From: Chryseobacterium gleum
Lineage (GTDB): Bacteria > Bacteroidota > Bacteroidia > NS11-12g > UBA955
Length of the DNA stretch: 40,526 nucleotides
Direction of reading: 5' to 3'
NCBI GenBank assembly: GCA_945870885.1
Contig: CAMBTR010000003.1
Coordinates: forward strand, 1-40,526
Below the pieces are notes generated by a model. The model did no database searches and had not been told where the DNA came from. It saw nothing but the letters and a program-made list of their open reading frames with translations. Positions within the stretch are counted from its first letter, which is position 1. Every line of letters begins with the position of its first letter. Below, piece after piece: positions 16,794 to 26,893 of the stretch. The translations under genes were made by a program, and so were the position numbers.

Positions 16794-19688
16794 ATGTATT
16801 CAATTATACAAAAACAAAAAAAGCCAGCCCTTATATTGATTGCCTTCTGGGCCTCAATATCGGCTTTTGCCCAAACAGGTTCTACACCCAAAGTCACTGC
16901 GGAAGACACTAGTATTTCTAGCGTTGGAGACGTGGTAATTGTTGGTTACGGAAGACAAAGTCGTAGAAATTTGGTAGGTTCAATCTCCACCGTTAGTGGA
17001 AAGGACATAACCGACATGCCTGCGCCGTCCTTTGAAGCAGCATTGCAAGGTAAGGCAGCTGGTGTCCAGGTTATTGTAGGTAGTGGTATGGCTGGATCAG
17101 CATCGTTGATCCGTATTCGTGGCGCTTCTTCAATTTCTGCGGCGGGCGACCCATTATACGTAGTTGATGGGATCCCGATTTCGCAAGATTATTTCATGAA
17201 CCGCGCAAATGGTTCAAACTATGGCGCTGGGTTCAACAATAACCCTCTGGCAAGCATAAATCCAGACGATATCGAGAATATTGAAATCTTAAAAGATGCT
17301 GCCGCAACTAGTATTTACGGCTCACGCGGTGCCAATGGGGTAATCTTAATCACCACCAAACGCGCCAAGAAAAAAGGACTAAAATTTGATGTCAGCGCGC
17401 GATGGAGTAGTTCTAGCCCTACCAAAAAGCCTGATTTTGTCAATGCAGACCAATGGTTACAATTGTATCAAGAAGCTTGGCAAAACGATGGCAAAACGGG
17501 CACGCCTGATTTGAGTGCGAGCGGAATCCGAATGTCGTGGGCGCAAGCAAACGACCCAAAAAATCATACGAATTGGATCGACCAAGTAATTGGCAACGGT
17601 TTCAAGCAGAATTATAACTTATCGGCGAATTACATGGGTAAGAATTTCGCTTTAAAAGGGATTCTATCCATGGACGACAATGGTAGTTTCATCATTGGCA
17701 ATAAATACAACAGGGTATCTGAAAGGGTAAATATGGATTTTAGGCCGATGAAAGGCTTGGATATTCAGGTTTCTCAGTCATTGAGCAGAGGCACAAATAC
17801 ACGTGTAGATGCATCTTGGGCTGGCGGATTGGGCAGCGCGATGAGCACAATGCTTCCGATATACCCCTTGGAACAACTCTATGATAGTGCGAGTAAATCT
17901 TATATCACACCCGTAGGACTCCAAACCATTCGTAACTTAAAAAATTGGAGAACGGTTGAATTACGATCCATCAATAACGTAAGCGTAAGCTATGAAGTCA
18001 ACAAGAATATCCACTTAAACTACAGCACAAGTGTAGACTACATGGATTATAACGAACATCTGTATGAGCCTGCCTCGTTAATTAAATTATACAACAGCAA
18101 CTACAAACAGAATGGTGCTGCAAAATGGTTCCCTAGCTGGACGATGAATAGAAACCAATTCTTCACCGCTCAGTATGAAAAGCAATTGAGTCGCAACCAC
18201 AACATCAGCTTCATGGGTGGAACTGAGTCGCAGCACAGCATCACACATAGTAAATATGTAGAAAATTTTGACGCAACGGGCCCTATCGATCAAGTTGCCA
18301 TTCCTGATACCGCAAAAATCTCCAACAGCAAAACTCCATACGAATGGGCTTTCATTAGTTATTTCGGTCGATTCAACTATAGCTTCAAAAACAAACTTAA
18401 TTTCCAGCTCACCAGTCGTTGGGATGGAAGTTCACGCTTTGGCAGAAACAACAGATACGGATTTTTCCCAGCTGCTGCCGTTGGATACATCCTCTCAGAA
18501 GAGAAATTCATGAAACAATACAAATGGATCAACTTCATGAAACTTCGTGCAGGAATGGGCAAGAGCGGAAATGCGAACTTCGACAACTATGCGCGTTGGG
18601 GTACGATTACACCATCGGGAAATTTACCAAATTATAACGGCCAACCTCAATTGGCACCTGCCCGTTTGGAAAACCCCAATTTGCGTTGGGAGAGCACTGT
18701 AAACTTTGATGCAGGCGTTGAAATGGCCTTCATGAAAGGCAGAATCAGCACTGAGATTACTTATTATAGCAAAGTGACTAGCGATGTGATTATGAATGTT
18801 TCAATTCCAGTATCTACAGGGTTTGGTAGCTTTTACGATAACGTAGGTGGTATCACGAACAAAGGATTAGAATTTTCTTTGAAGACAGTAAACATCCGTC
18901 AGAAGAATTTCAATTGGACTACGAATTTCAGCGTAGCTAAAAACGTAAATAAGATCACTAGTATTGGCGTTTACTCACCCGACGCAATTGGTGGTGGAAC
19001 AAATGATACCCGTGTTGTACTAAACCAACCTGTTGGTACTAACTTCTTGGTAAGATTCTCCCATATCGACAAAGCCACAGGCGCGCCAGTGTATTTAGAC
19101 ATCAACGGCAAAGAAACTTCCAAATGGGATCCTGCAAATCGCGTGGCGGTTGGAAATGTATTGCCTAAAGCCTTCGGAAACTTGGCCAACACAATCACCT
19201 ACAAAAGTTGGGAATTGAATGCCAATATTTACTTCAACTATGGTGGAAGCATTTTTGAAAGCTCTGTAAAACGTCAGCTCAGCTTAATGACTGATTGGAA
19301 CATGGACACGCGTGTTATGGACCGTTGGCAGAATCCTGGCGACGATGCTTTGTATCCTAAAATGACATTGAACACATTCAATCATGGCGCTACTACCCCA
19401 TGGATCAATACAGATCTTTGGTTGCAAGATGGAAGCTATGTAAGATTGCGAAGTGTAAACATCGGCTATCGATTACCTAAAAAATGGTTAGCAAAATCCA
19501 AGTTCGATGCCGCCAAGGTAATGATCGTGGGGACCAACTTACTAACTTGGACTCGCTATACTGGTATCGACCCAGAAATTGCCCGTGACTTTGAAAACGC
19601 CACAGATAGAAACATGAGTGGTAGTATTACTTACTTAACAACGCCTCAAGAAAAGAGCGTCAGTCTGGCCTTTAACTTCAGCTTCTAA
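16794..19688 (+). CDS. susC: SusC/RagA family TonB-dependent transporter
   Basis: VVIVGYG, LQGKAAGV, PLYVVDG, DIENIEILKDAAATSIYGSRGANGVILITTK, DGSSRFG and NPNLRWE; terminal Phe. Confidence 0.96.
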   Translation: MYSIIQKQKKPALILIAFWASISAFAQTGSTPKVTAEDTSISSVGDVVIVGYGRQSRRNLVGSISTVSGKDITDMPAPSFEAALQGKAAGVQVIVGSGMAGSASLIRIRGASSISAAGDPLYVVDGIPISQDYFMNRANGSNYGAGFNNNPLASINPDDIENIEILKDAAATSIYGSRGANGVILITTKRAKKKGLKFDVSARWSSSSPTKKPDFVNADQWLQLYQEAWQNDGKTGTPDLSASGIRMSWAQANDPKNHTNWIDQVIGNGFKQNYNLSANYMGKNFALKGILSMDDNGSFIIGNKYNRVSERVNMDFRPMKGLDIQVSQSLSRGTNTRVDASWAGGLGSAMSTMLPIYPLEQLYDSASKSYITPVGLQTIRNLKNWRTVELRSINNVSVSYEVNKNIHLNYSTSVDYMDYNEHLYEPASLIKLYNSNYKQNGAAKWFPSWTMNRNQFFTAQYEKQLSRNHNISFMGGTESQHSITHSKYVENFDATGPIDQVAIPDTAKISNSKTPYEWAFISYFGRFNYSFKNKLNFQLTSRWDGSSRFGRNNRYGFFPAAAVGYILSEEKFMKQYKWINFMKLRAGMGKSGNANFDNYARWGTITPSGNLPNYNGQPQLAPARLENPNLRWESTVNFDAGVEMAFMKGRISTEITYYSKVTSDVIMNVSIPVSTGFGSFYDNVGGITNKGLEFSLKTVNIRQKNFNWTTNFSVAKNVNKITSIGVYSPDAIGGGTNDTRVVLNQPVGTNFLVRFSHIDKATGAPVYLDINGKETSKWDPANRVAVGNVLPKAFGNLANTITYKSWELNANIYFNYGGSIFESSVKRQLSLMTDWNMDTRVMDRWQNPGDDALYPKMTLNTFNHGATTPWINTDLWLQDGSYVRLRSVNIGYRLPKKWLAKSKFDAAKVMIVGTNLLTWTRYTGIDPEIARDFENATDRNMSGSITYLTTPQEKSVSLAFNFSF

Positions 19689-19690
19689 TC

Positions 19691-21073
19691 ATGAAAAAGA
19701 CATTAACACAATCCATAGCCATCGTCGTAGCATTATTTGCCGCGGCTAGCTCATTTACTGGTTGTCAAAGCATTGAAACGCCCCCACCCAATGAATTATT
19801 GGTGGATGATGCAATCAAAACCACCGACGATTTGCAGCGTTTGCTCAATGCGAGCTACAATGAGGTCGCCAACACCTTCGGAGGATTTGCATCGATGATG
19901 AGCGAAATGCAATCGGACAACTTGAGTATGCCAAACAACAATGACTTAAGGGAATTATACAGTCATAACGTATTGTTTTTCAATACAACCAGTGGTAGTT
20001 TTTACTCAATTCTCTATAGAGCGATTTTCCGTGCCAACTTCGTACAAGACAATATGGATAAGGTGGCTGACTTGTCTATTGCCGACAGGAATAGACTACT
20101 GGGCGAAATCAAGTTCATTCGCGGACTTTGTCATTTCACTGCAGTGAAAATGTTTGCCCAACCCTATGGCTTTAGTGCAAAAAATGAGCACCCTGGGATT
20201 GCCATTGTTACTAAATCTTCAACAAAGCCAAACCCTCGTTTATCGGTTGGTGAGGCTTACGATGCGATTTTGTCCGACTTGAAAGATGCGGAAGGATTGT
20301 TACCCGCAGAAAATGGCAATTATGCCGATAAGATGAGTGCAACTGCATTGTTGGCGCATGTCTACTTCCAAATGGGTAAATACACTGATGCCGCAACGTA
20401 TGCATCAACCGTAATCGATTCAAAAAAATACACTTTAAGCGATACAGTAAACTTGTTTACCCCAGCGGCAAGCGGCGAATATATTTTCAAGATTGTAAGC
20501 ACAGGTGTAAACGACAAACGAAGCGGTGGTTACTCAGACAATTACTCCCCAGGAAATCCAACGTGTCAACTATCAAAACAGCTGTGGGAATCTTTCAAGG
20601 TAGATTTGGCTATTGATAAACGGTTGAAATTGTTGACTGTTGTTAACGCGGGTGCACAAAATGAATTCATCAAAAGCGAAATGTTCAATGCCCCCTATTT
20701 TAACGTCCCTGTTTTGCATTTAACTCAAATGCATCTGATACGAGCTGAGGCTTTGGCAAAATCGGGTGGCGACTTAGCCATCGCAACCAGTGACATTAAC
20801 GCAATTATAACACGCGCTTACACAGACAGCAGCAAATTGGTTGCTTCCGGTTCTACGGCACTTCAAATCATTGATGCTACACGTAGCCAAAGAAGAATCG
20901 AATTGCTATTCCAAGGTGACCGTACAAATGAAATCAAACGATTGGGAGCCATAGAAAGTCAGAACATTTACGTTCGCGGTCACAGATGGGATTGCGAAGG
21001 ATTTGTTTTGCAATTCCCAATCACAGAAAAGACTAGCATATTTGAAATTAACCCAACAGGAGGTTGTAACTAA
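19691..21073 (+). CDS. susD: RagB/SusD family lipoprotein
   Basis: Lipobox FTG-C, GEIKFIRGLCHF, HLIRAEA and RRIELLFQGDR; starts 2 nt after susC. Confidence 0.93.
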   Translation: MKKTLTQSIAIVVALFAAASSFTGCQSIETPPPNELLVDDAIKTTDDLQRLLNASYNEVANTFGGFASMMSEMQSDNLSMPNNNDLRELYSHNVLFFNTTSGSFYSILYRAIFRANFVQDNMDKVADLSIADRNRLLGEIKFIRGLCHFTAVKMFAQPYGFSAKNEHPGIAIVTKSSTKPNPRLSVGEAYDAILSDLKDAEGLLPAENGNYADKMSATALLAHVYFQMGKYTDAATYASTVIDSKKYTLSDTVNLFTPAASGEYIFKIVSTGVNDKRSGGYSDNYSPGNPTCQLSKQLWESFKVDLAIDKRLKLLTVVNAGAQNEFIKSEMFNAPYFNVPVLHLTQMHLIRAEALAKSGGDLAIATSDINAIITRAYTDSSKLVASGSTALQIIDATRSQRRIELLFQGDRTNEIKRLGAIESQNIYVRGHRWDCEGFVLQFPITEKTSIFEINPTGGCN

Positions 21074-21570
21074 TGAAAAAGACAATTCAAATCGCCGCAT
21101 TATCTATCCTACTTTGCGGAGCAATGATAGGCTGCAGGCCAGAGAAAAAGACTTTAGGCCCTAAACCAAGTCAAACTGAAGGCATTTCCAATACCGGTTG
21201 GATTCTATCACGCGTGGATCAAATCGATGTCAATGTTCAGTTGGCTTTTGTGGAAAGTGATACTTTGTTGAATGTTACAGAAACCTTCATCGAGGGAACA
21301 CCTATGGAATTCGGTTTCACAAAAGACGGTTCTTATACGATCACAAGTGGCTCAGGAAGTCAACTATTTAAGATCAACGCAGGATCTTGGAAATTCGACA
21401 ACGCCGATTATCCAAGTAAAATCATTTTTGATGATGGGACAGCAGGCGCAAACACACTAAGCATGATGCGACCCGTTCGCCCTCAAGACAATTATTTAGT
21501 ATTAAAATACAATAAAATTTGCGGCGGCAAGCGCACCGTGAGTTATCACTTAACCTTTAGCAGAAAATAA
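21073..21570 (+). CDS. PUL-associated lipoprotein, lipocalin-like (possibly DUF5004)
   Basis: Lipobox MIG-C, GW motif, GSWKFDN..YP and a SYHLTFSR end. TAATG stop/start overlap with susD. Confidence 0.6.
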   Translation: MKKTIQIAALSILLCGAMIGCRPEKKTLGPKPSQTEGISNTGWILSRVDQIDVNVQLAFVESDTLLNVTETFIEGTPMEFGFTKDGSYTITSGSGSQLFKINAGSWKFDNADYPSKIIFDDGTAGANTLSMMRPVRPQDNYLVLKYNKICGGKRTVSYHLTFSRK

Positions 21571-21576
21571 TTTGCC

Positions 21577-22434
21577 ATGAAAAAAATTCTATTATTCAGT
21601 TTGGTTTTCATTTTTGGTTTGGCAAAACTACAGGCACAAAAAGCTTGGGCCACACCAGACCCAATTAACCCCAATGATTCTATCACAATTTGGGTAGATC
21701 TAAAAAAGTGCGACCGTCAGCAATTAGCGGGGACTACGGACCCAATATATATGTGGACATGGTCGCCAAACGAGCATGCTGTTGGACATCCGTTGAACAA
21801 CGGAACATGGCTAGCCAGTAACGATGCATTGCAAATGCGTTCTGCGGGCAATGATTTATACTTCTATCGTATGATTCCAACGTCTTTCTACGAGGTTACA
21901 GCAGCTGAATTGTATAACAACGATATTAGTTTATTGTTAAAGAAAAAAGACGGTACGGGCACTGCCGCTGGAGAAGACAAAACCGAAGATTTAAAAATCG
22001 ATTTCGCACCTCCAGTTTCAGGACCTCAGAAGGTATCCCCCTTCCCTCGTTTGGCGAAAAAAGACACGTTGAGCATTGGCGCAACTGATGTATTAACCAT
22101 TTTCTACGATCGCAATTTGGAGACGAAGGACACTTTAAAAAACAAAGAGGACTTCTACTTATATCTTAGAGCTAGGACTGGCACAGGATTGACCGATTTC
22201 ATTCAGTTTGTTCCAATCACTAAGGTTGCGACTGAGCCTAAATTGGCCATGAAAAATCTAGGTGGCGGCAAATTTTCTTTGAGCATGATACCCAATAAGT
22301 TCTTTGCCTCCGTAAACCCTTCGAATCAAAATATTTTATCGGTGCAATTTCAAATTGTTCGAGGCAAAATCAGAAACTCAAACGACACCGTAGATGGCAC
22401 GTTTGAGTATTTCTTAAACCAGAACTGCGAATAA
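21577..22434 (+). CDS. Exported hypothetical protein with two tandem homologous domains (DUF4961-like; possible glycan-binding)
   Basis: Signal peptide LQA-Q. Internal repeats DSITIWVD / DVLTIFYD and LQMRSAGNDLYFYRMIPTSFY / LAMKNLGGGKFSLSMIPNKFF. Confidence 0.55.
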   Translation: MKKILLFSLVFIFGLAKLQAQKAWATPDPINPNDSITIWVDLKKCDRQQLAGTTDPIYMWTWSPNEHAVGHPLNNGTWLASNDALQMRSAGNDLYFYRMIPTSFYEVTAAELYNNDISLLLKKKDGTGTAAGEDKTEDLKIDFAPPVSGPQKVSPFPRLAKKDTLSIGATDVLTIFYDRNLETKDTLKNKEDFYLYLRARTGTGLTDFIQFVPITKVATEPKLAMKNLGGGKFSLSMIPNKFFASVNPSNQNILSVQFQIVRGKIRNSNDTVDGTFEYFLNQNCE

Positions 22435-22436
22435 GG

Positions 22437-23678
22437 TTAGCTGAAAAGCCCTTCGATTTCGATCTCGTTGCGGATCAAATCAGCCAACTCCTCCCGTTTG
22501 CGAATCAAATAGGCTTTACCTCCCTTAACCAATACTTCTGGGGGTCTGAGTCTAGCATTGTAATTATTACTCATGGAGAAGCCATATGCACCTGCATTCC
22601 TAATCCTTAAAACATCGCCCTCTCTAACCTCCGTTAGTTTGCGATCATAGCCCAAGGTATCCGTTTCGCAGATATATCCCACTACACTGTAGAGTCGTTG
22701 TGTGCCTTCTTCATTGGAAATATTCTCAATGAAGTGATAGGCATCGTAAAACATCGGTCGAATCAAGTGGTTCTGGCCTGAATCAACACCCACAAAAACG
22801 GTAGATGTTGTTTGTTTGATTACGTTTGCTTTCACCAACAAAGAACCCGATTCACTCACGATGAATTTCCCAGGTTCAAACCACAATTCCAATTCTTTCC
22901 CATAATCCTGACAAAACAATTTAAAGGCAGCCGCAATTTTATCTCCAATCTCCTCAATTTCTGTTACGATATCATCGGGTTTATACCCCACTTTAAAGCC
23001 ACTACCAAAATCCATAAACGCTAAATCTTTGAAATCCTTGGCTGCGTCAAAAAGTAACTCCGCACCGCGCAAGAAAACATCACCGTCCAAAATATCACTT
23101 CCCGTATGCATGTGCAATCCATTCACTTTGATTTTCAGGGACTCCACCACACGCAGAACATGTCTCAACTGATAAATTGAGATTCCAAACTTAGAATCAA
23201 TATGTCCCACCGAGATATGACTATGTCCACCAGCCATGATATGCGGATTCAACCGAATACAACACGGAACGGTATTCCCATATTCGCTGCCAAACTGCTC
23301 TAAAATGGAAATATTATCGATGTTGATATGGACACCTAGTTCAACCGCCGCTTTAATTTCATCAAAGTGCACGCAGTTGGGCGTATACATGATTTCATGG
23401 GGAGCAAACCCTGCTCTCAAGCCCAATTGTACTTCCTCTATTGAAACGGCATCTAAACCAGCCCCTTGAGATTTTAACAATCGCAAAATATTGACATTAT
23501 TTAGGGCTTTCAGTGCATAATGCAACTTCACTTTTACCCCAGGAAAGGCGCTGAGTAATCGTTTATACTGTAATTCGATTTTTTCGGCATGGTAAACATA
23601 AACCGGAGTGCCAAATTCTTCAGCAACCTGTCTTAACATTTCATTCGACAATCCAATTTCCATTTTTCTCTTGCTCAT
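22437..23678 (-). CDS. lysA: Diaminopimelate decarboxylase
   Basis: FGTPVYVY, HYALKAL (PLP lysine), SKFGI, HMHTGS, EPGKF, GYICETD and GAYGFSM. Confidence 0.96.
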   Translation of the reverse strand: MSKRKMEIGLSNEMLRQVAEEFGTPVYVYHAEKIELQYKRLLSAFPGVKVKLHYALKALNNVNILRLLKSQGAGLDAVSIEEVQLGLRAGFAPHEIMYTPNCVHFDEIKAAVELGVHINIDNISILEQFGSEYGNTVPCCIRLNPHIMAGGHSHISVGHIDSKFGISIYQLRHVLRVVESLKIKVNGLHMHTGSDILDGDVFLRGAELLFDAAKDFKDLAFMDFGSGFKVGYKPDDIVTEIEEIGDKIAAAFKLFCQDYGKELELWFEPGKFIVSESGSLLVKANVIKQTTSTVFVGVDSGQNHLIRPMFYDAYHFIENISNEEGTQRLYSVVGYICETDTLGYDRKLTEVREGDVLRIRNAGAYGFSMSNNYNARLRPPEVLVKGGKAYLIRKREELADLIRNEIEIEGLFS

Positions 23679-23751
23679 ATTATTTAGTTTTATTCTTTTT
23701 GATTTTAATTATTCTATTTTTTGATTTGATATTCGCTCACTGAACCATAAC

Positions 23752-23785
23752 AAAAAAGGCGGGGTGAATATCACCCCGCCTTTTT
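23752..23785 (-). terminator. Intrinsic terminator downstream of secDF
   Basis: aaaaaggcggggtga-ata-tcaccccgccttttt (23753-23785), 17 nt after the secDF stop, with A/T tracts on both sides. Confidence 0.88.
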
Positions 23786-23802
23786 AAAAGTTCGAAGTGT
23801 TA

Positions 23803-26800
23803 TTATTGAATCTGTTTCTTCTTAGAAGAAAAGTCAACTACGATTGGTGTTGCAATACATATTGAAGAATAAGTACCAACGACTACACCAATCAACAAAG
23901 CCAATGAGAAGCCTTTCAACGCGTCTCCACCAAATAGGAACAATATCAAAACAACTACAAATACGGTAGCTGAAGTAATAATGGTACGACTCAATGTATC
24001 GTTAATCGCAGTATTGATTAACGCTTCATCGTTGCGATCTACACGTTTAGATGTCAAGAATTCACGAATACGGTCAAATACAATTACCGTATCGTTAATT
24101 GAATATCCTAACAAGGTCAACAATGCAGCAATCAAATTCTGGTCAAAGTCTGTTGGGAAAGGAACCACACCATCCAAAATGGCGAAGAATGACAATACCA
24201 CCAATACGTCGTGAATCAAAGCTACTGTTGCACCCATACCATAAGCTATGCTTCTGAATCGGAATACAATATATAAGAAAATACCTACTACCGTTAAGAT
24301 TACCAAGAATGCACTCTTGTCACGAGTACTTGTAGCAATTGCAGCACCCACTTTTGAAGAACTTAAAATAGGATCGCCTTCTGCCAACTTAAAGCCTTTC
24401 AATGCCGTCAAAACAGCGGTACGAACTGAGTCGCGACCTTCCTGCCCTTGTGCATCAATCATATAGGTAGTAACCAAACGGAACTGCCCTTGGTTACCAA
24501 AAGTTTTTACTTCGTTACTTGACCCTTTCATGGCGTTATCCAAAGCCACCTTAATATCTTCTGTTTGATACTTCTTACTTGCATCAAATTGAACAACATA
24601 AGAATAACCCCCTTTGAAGTCAATACCAGTATTAATACCTCCTTTAGAAATAAATGCAATCAATCCAACCAATATAACAAACCCTGAAGCCATATAGTAT
24701 TTCTTTCGGTTTGATACGAAATCAATATTAGAATTCTTTAAGAAGCTCTTGTTCCACGGTGCGTCAAAACTAATTTCTAAGCCCTTATCAGCACGACGAT
24801 CCAACAACAAACGAGTGATGAACAACGCCGTAAACATTGAACTAAAGATACCAATTACCAAGATAATCGCAAATCCATAAGCAGGACCCGCACCGGCAAA
24901 TGTTAGAATGAATCCGGCCAACAAAGTAGTAATGTTAGAATCCACAATGGCACTCATCGCATGTTTAAATCCATCTGCAATGGCTGTTTTCATTCCTTTA
25001 CCAGCAGCCAATTCATCTTTAATACGCTCGTAAATCAACACGTTGGCATCAACCGCCATACCCACAGTTAAGATAATACCCGCCATACCAGGCAATGTCA
25101 ATGCTGCACCCATACTGGCCAATACCCCCATAATCAAGAATACGTTACCCAATACCGCAACAATTGCCATCCAACCCGCACGGCTGTAATACAACACCAT
25201 GAATAGAATAGTAGTAATAAACCCGAACAATAGTGAATTCAAACCACGGTCGATAGAATCTTGACCCAATGACGCACCCACTTGTTCGCTCGCTACAATT
25301 TTCGCAGGAGCAGGCAATTTACCCGCCTTCAAAACGTTTGCCAAATCATTGGCTTCACGGATATCAAAGTTTCCGGTAATTTGACTGTTACCACCGCTAA
25401 TTTTTTGATTTACTACTGGGGCAGAGTATACGCGCTCATCCAAAACAACCGCAATGTATTTGCCGATGTTTCTTCCTGTTACTTGCGCCCACTGTGTTCC
25501 TGCCTTAGAGGTCATTTCCATAGAAACTTCCAATTCACCGGTTGGTGAAGTATTTACACGCGCATCAGAAATAATATTATCATCTTCAGCTGAAAGCGCA
25601 GCGTTTCCGTCGCGATCCAACTTTAAGAAATAAACAAAATACTCATCTGAATTCACTGCTTCTTTTCCATCGGCATTGAAATCACGAGGTTTTGCACTGT
25701 AAGCCACTTTTGCATTTTCAATTCTCAAAACGGCAACATAACGCTCATCTTCCAACATTTTGCCCAAAACTGCACGATCTGCCTTTTTTACAACTGCAAT
25801 CGCTGAACCTGGACCATCGTTTCCGAAAGACTTTAATACTTTAGCTAAAGGACTTCCGTTTGCTTCGTCCTTCTTTGCATCTTTTTTCTTGTTGTCTGCA
25901 ACTTTAGGACTATCGGCAACTGCCGCAGTCGTTGTTGTCGCTGGGGTAGTCGCTACCGCCGAAGCAACCGGTGCCGCCGTTGCATTCACTACGCCAGAAT
26001 CCATAGAGGCTGAATCAGGAACTTCGGTAATAGGCGCAGCCGACATTTTGCTCGCTTTGTATAAGGCATTTAATATACGAGTACCGTCTCTACGCTGACC
26101 GTCGTTTCCGTATACTTCATAAAACTCCAATTTGGCACTCTTTTCCACCAATTCTTCCATTCTACGTGGGTTGTCGACACCAGGTAATTCTACACTGATA
26201 CGACCACCATCGATTTTCTGAATGGTAGGCTGAGTAACGTTTGATTGGTTGATACGTTTTTCAACCACTTCGTATACGCGATCAACCGCACTTTTGGTTT
26301 CAACATCCAAGTAATTCAAAACCTCGCCTTCAGAACTATTGCTCTGAATTACACCTTTGTTGCCTTTGGCAAACAAATTGGCCATATTTCTGCTCGGGCT
26401 GTTTTTCTTAAAACTGGCAACGAATGCTTTTACGAAATCTGCACCATTGTCACGAACTGCAACATTGGCTTCATCAATCGCACGGTTTAAATCGCGATCC
26501 TTTGAATCGTTGGAAAGCACCTTAACAACAGCGCCTTTATCCACTTCCAAGATTACGTTCATTCCACCGCGTAAATCCAAACCTAAGTTGATTTCACGCT
26601 GTTTACATTCAAAGTAGGTGAACCCTGCGATTCCCACACTATAAATTTCTTGATTGCCTAAACTGTCGATGTAACGGCGATAAGCTTCTTTGTTATCTCC
26701 ACCTTTTTCAGCAGCTTTTGCGGCAAATGCTTTTGCCTCTTTTTCAAATCCTTGGGCTTTCCAAGTAAACGACAACTGGAACAAACACGCGAGTGCTAGA

Positions 26801-26841
26801 ACAATCGAAAATCCTACAATAGTTTTATTGGTTTTCATCAC
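23803..26841 (-). CDS. secDF: Protein translocase subunit SecDF (fused)
   Basis: LGLDLRGG, VELPG, LTLPGMAG, GMAVDANVLIYERIKDE, GIDFKGG and GYSINDTVIVFDRIRE. Confidence 0.97.
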   Translation of the reverse strand: MMKTNKTIVGFSIVLALACLFQLSFTWKAQGFEKEAKAFAAKAAEKGGDNKEAYRRYIDSLGNQEIYSVGIAGFTYFECKQREINLGLDLRGGMNVILEVDKGAVVKVLSNDSKDRDLNRAIDEANVAVRDNGADFVKAFVASFKKNSPSRNMANLFAKGNKGVIQSNSSEGEVLNYLDVETKSAVDRVYEVVEKRINQSNVTQPTIQKIDGGRISVELPGVDNPRRMEELVEKSAKLEFYEVYGNDGQRRDGTRILNALYKASKMSAAPITEVPDSASMDSGVVNATAAPVASAVATTPATTTTAAVADSPKVADNKKKDAKKDEANGSPLAKVLKSFGNDGPGSAIAVVKKADRAVLGKMLEDERYVAVLRIENAKVAYSAKPRDFNADGKEAVNSDEYFVYFLKLDRDGNAALSAEDDNIISDARVNTSPTGELEVSMEMTSKAGTQWAQVTGRNIGKYIAVVLDERVYSAPVVNQKISGGNSQITGNFDIREANDLANVLKAGKLPAPAKIVASEQVGASLGQDSIDRGLNSLLFGFITTILFMVLYYSRAGWMAIVAVLGNVFLIMGVLASMGAALTLPGMAGIILTVGMAVDANVLIYERIKDELAAGKGMKTAIADGFKHAMSAIVDSNITTLLAGFILTFAGAGPAYGFAIILVIGIFSSMFTALFITRLLLDRRADKGLEISFDAPWNKSFLKNSNIDFVSNRKKYYMASGFVILVGLIAFISKGGINTGIDFKGGYSYVVQFDASKKYQTEDIKVALDNAMKGSSNEVKTFGNQGQFRLVTTYMIDAQGQEGRDSVRTAVLTALKGFKLAEGDPILSSSKVGAAIATSTRDKSAFLVILTVVGIFLYIVFRFRSIAYGMGATVALIHDVLVVLSFFAILDGVVPFPTDFDQNLIAALLTLLGYSINDTVIVFDRIREFLTSKRVDRNDEALINTAINDTLSRTIITSATVFVVVLILFLFGGDALKGFSLALLIGVVVGTYSSICIATPIVVDFSSKKKQIQ

Positions 26842-26870
26842 TATATAAAAGTATCCAAATTATGGAAGCG

Positions 26871-26878
26871 CGAAAATA
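26871..26878 (-). promoter_or_regulatory. Probable -7 box TATTTTCG of secDF
   Basis: TAnnTTCG variant followed by CGC, about 30 nt upstream of the start. Confidence 0.5.
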
Positions 26879-26893
26879 AGGAAAAAAAACAAG

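Noticed and set aside
23679-23751. Possible lysine riboswitch upstream of lysA
   Set aside because: The region is too short and AT-rich, with no L-box structure.
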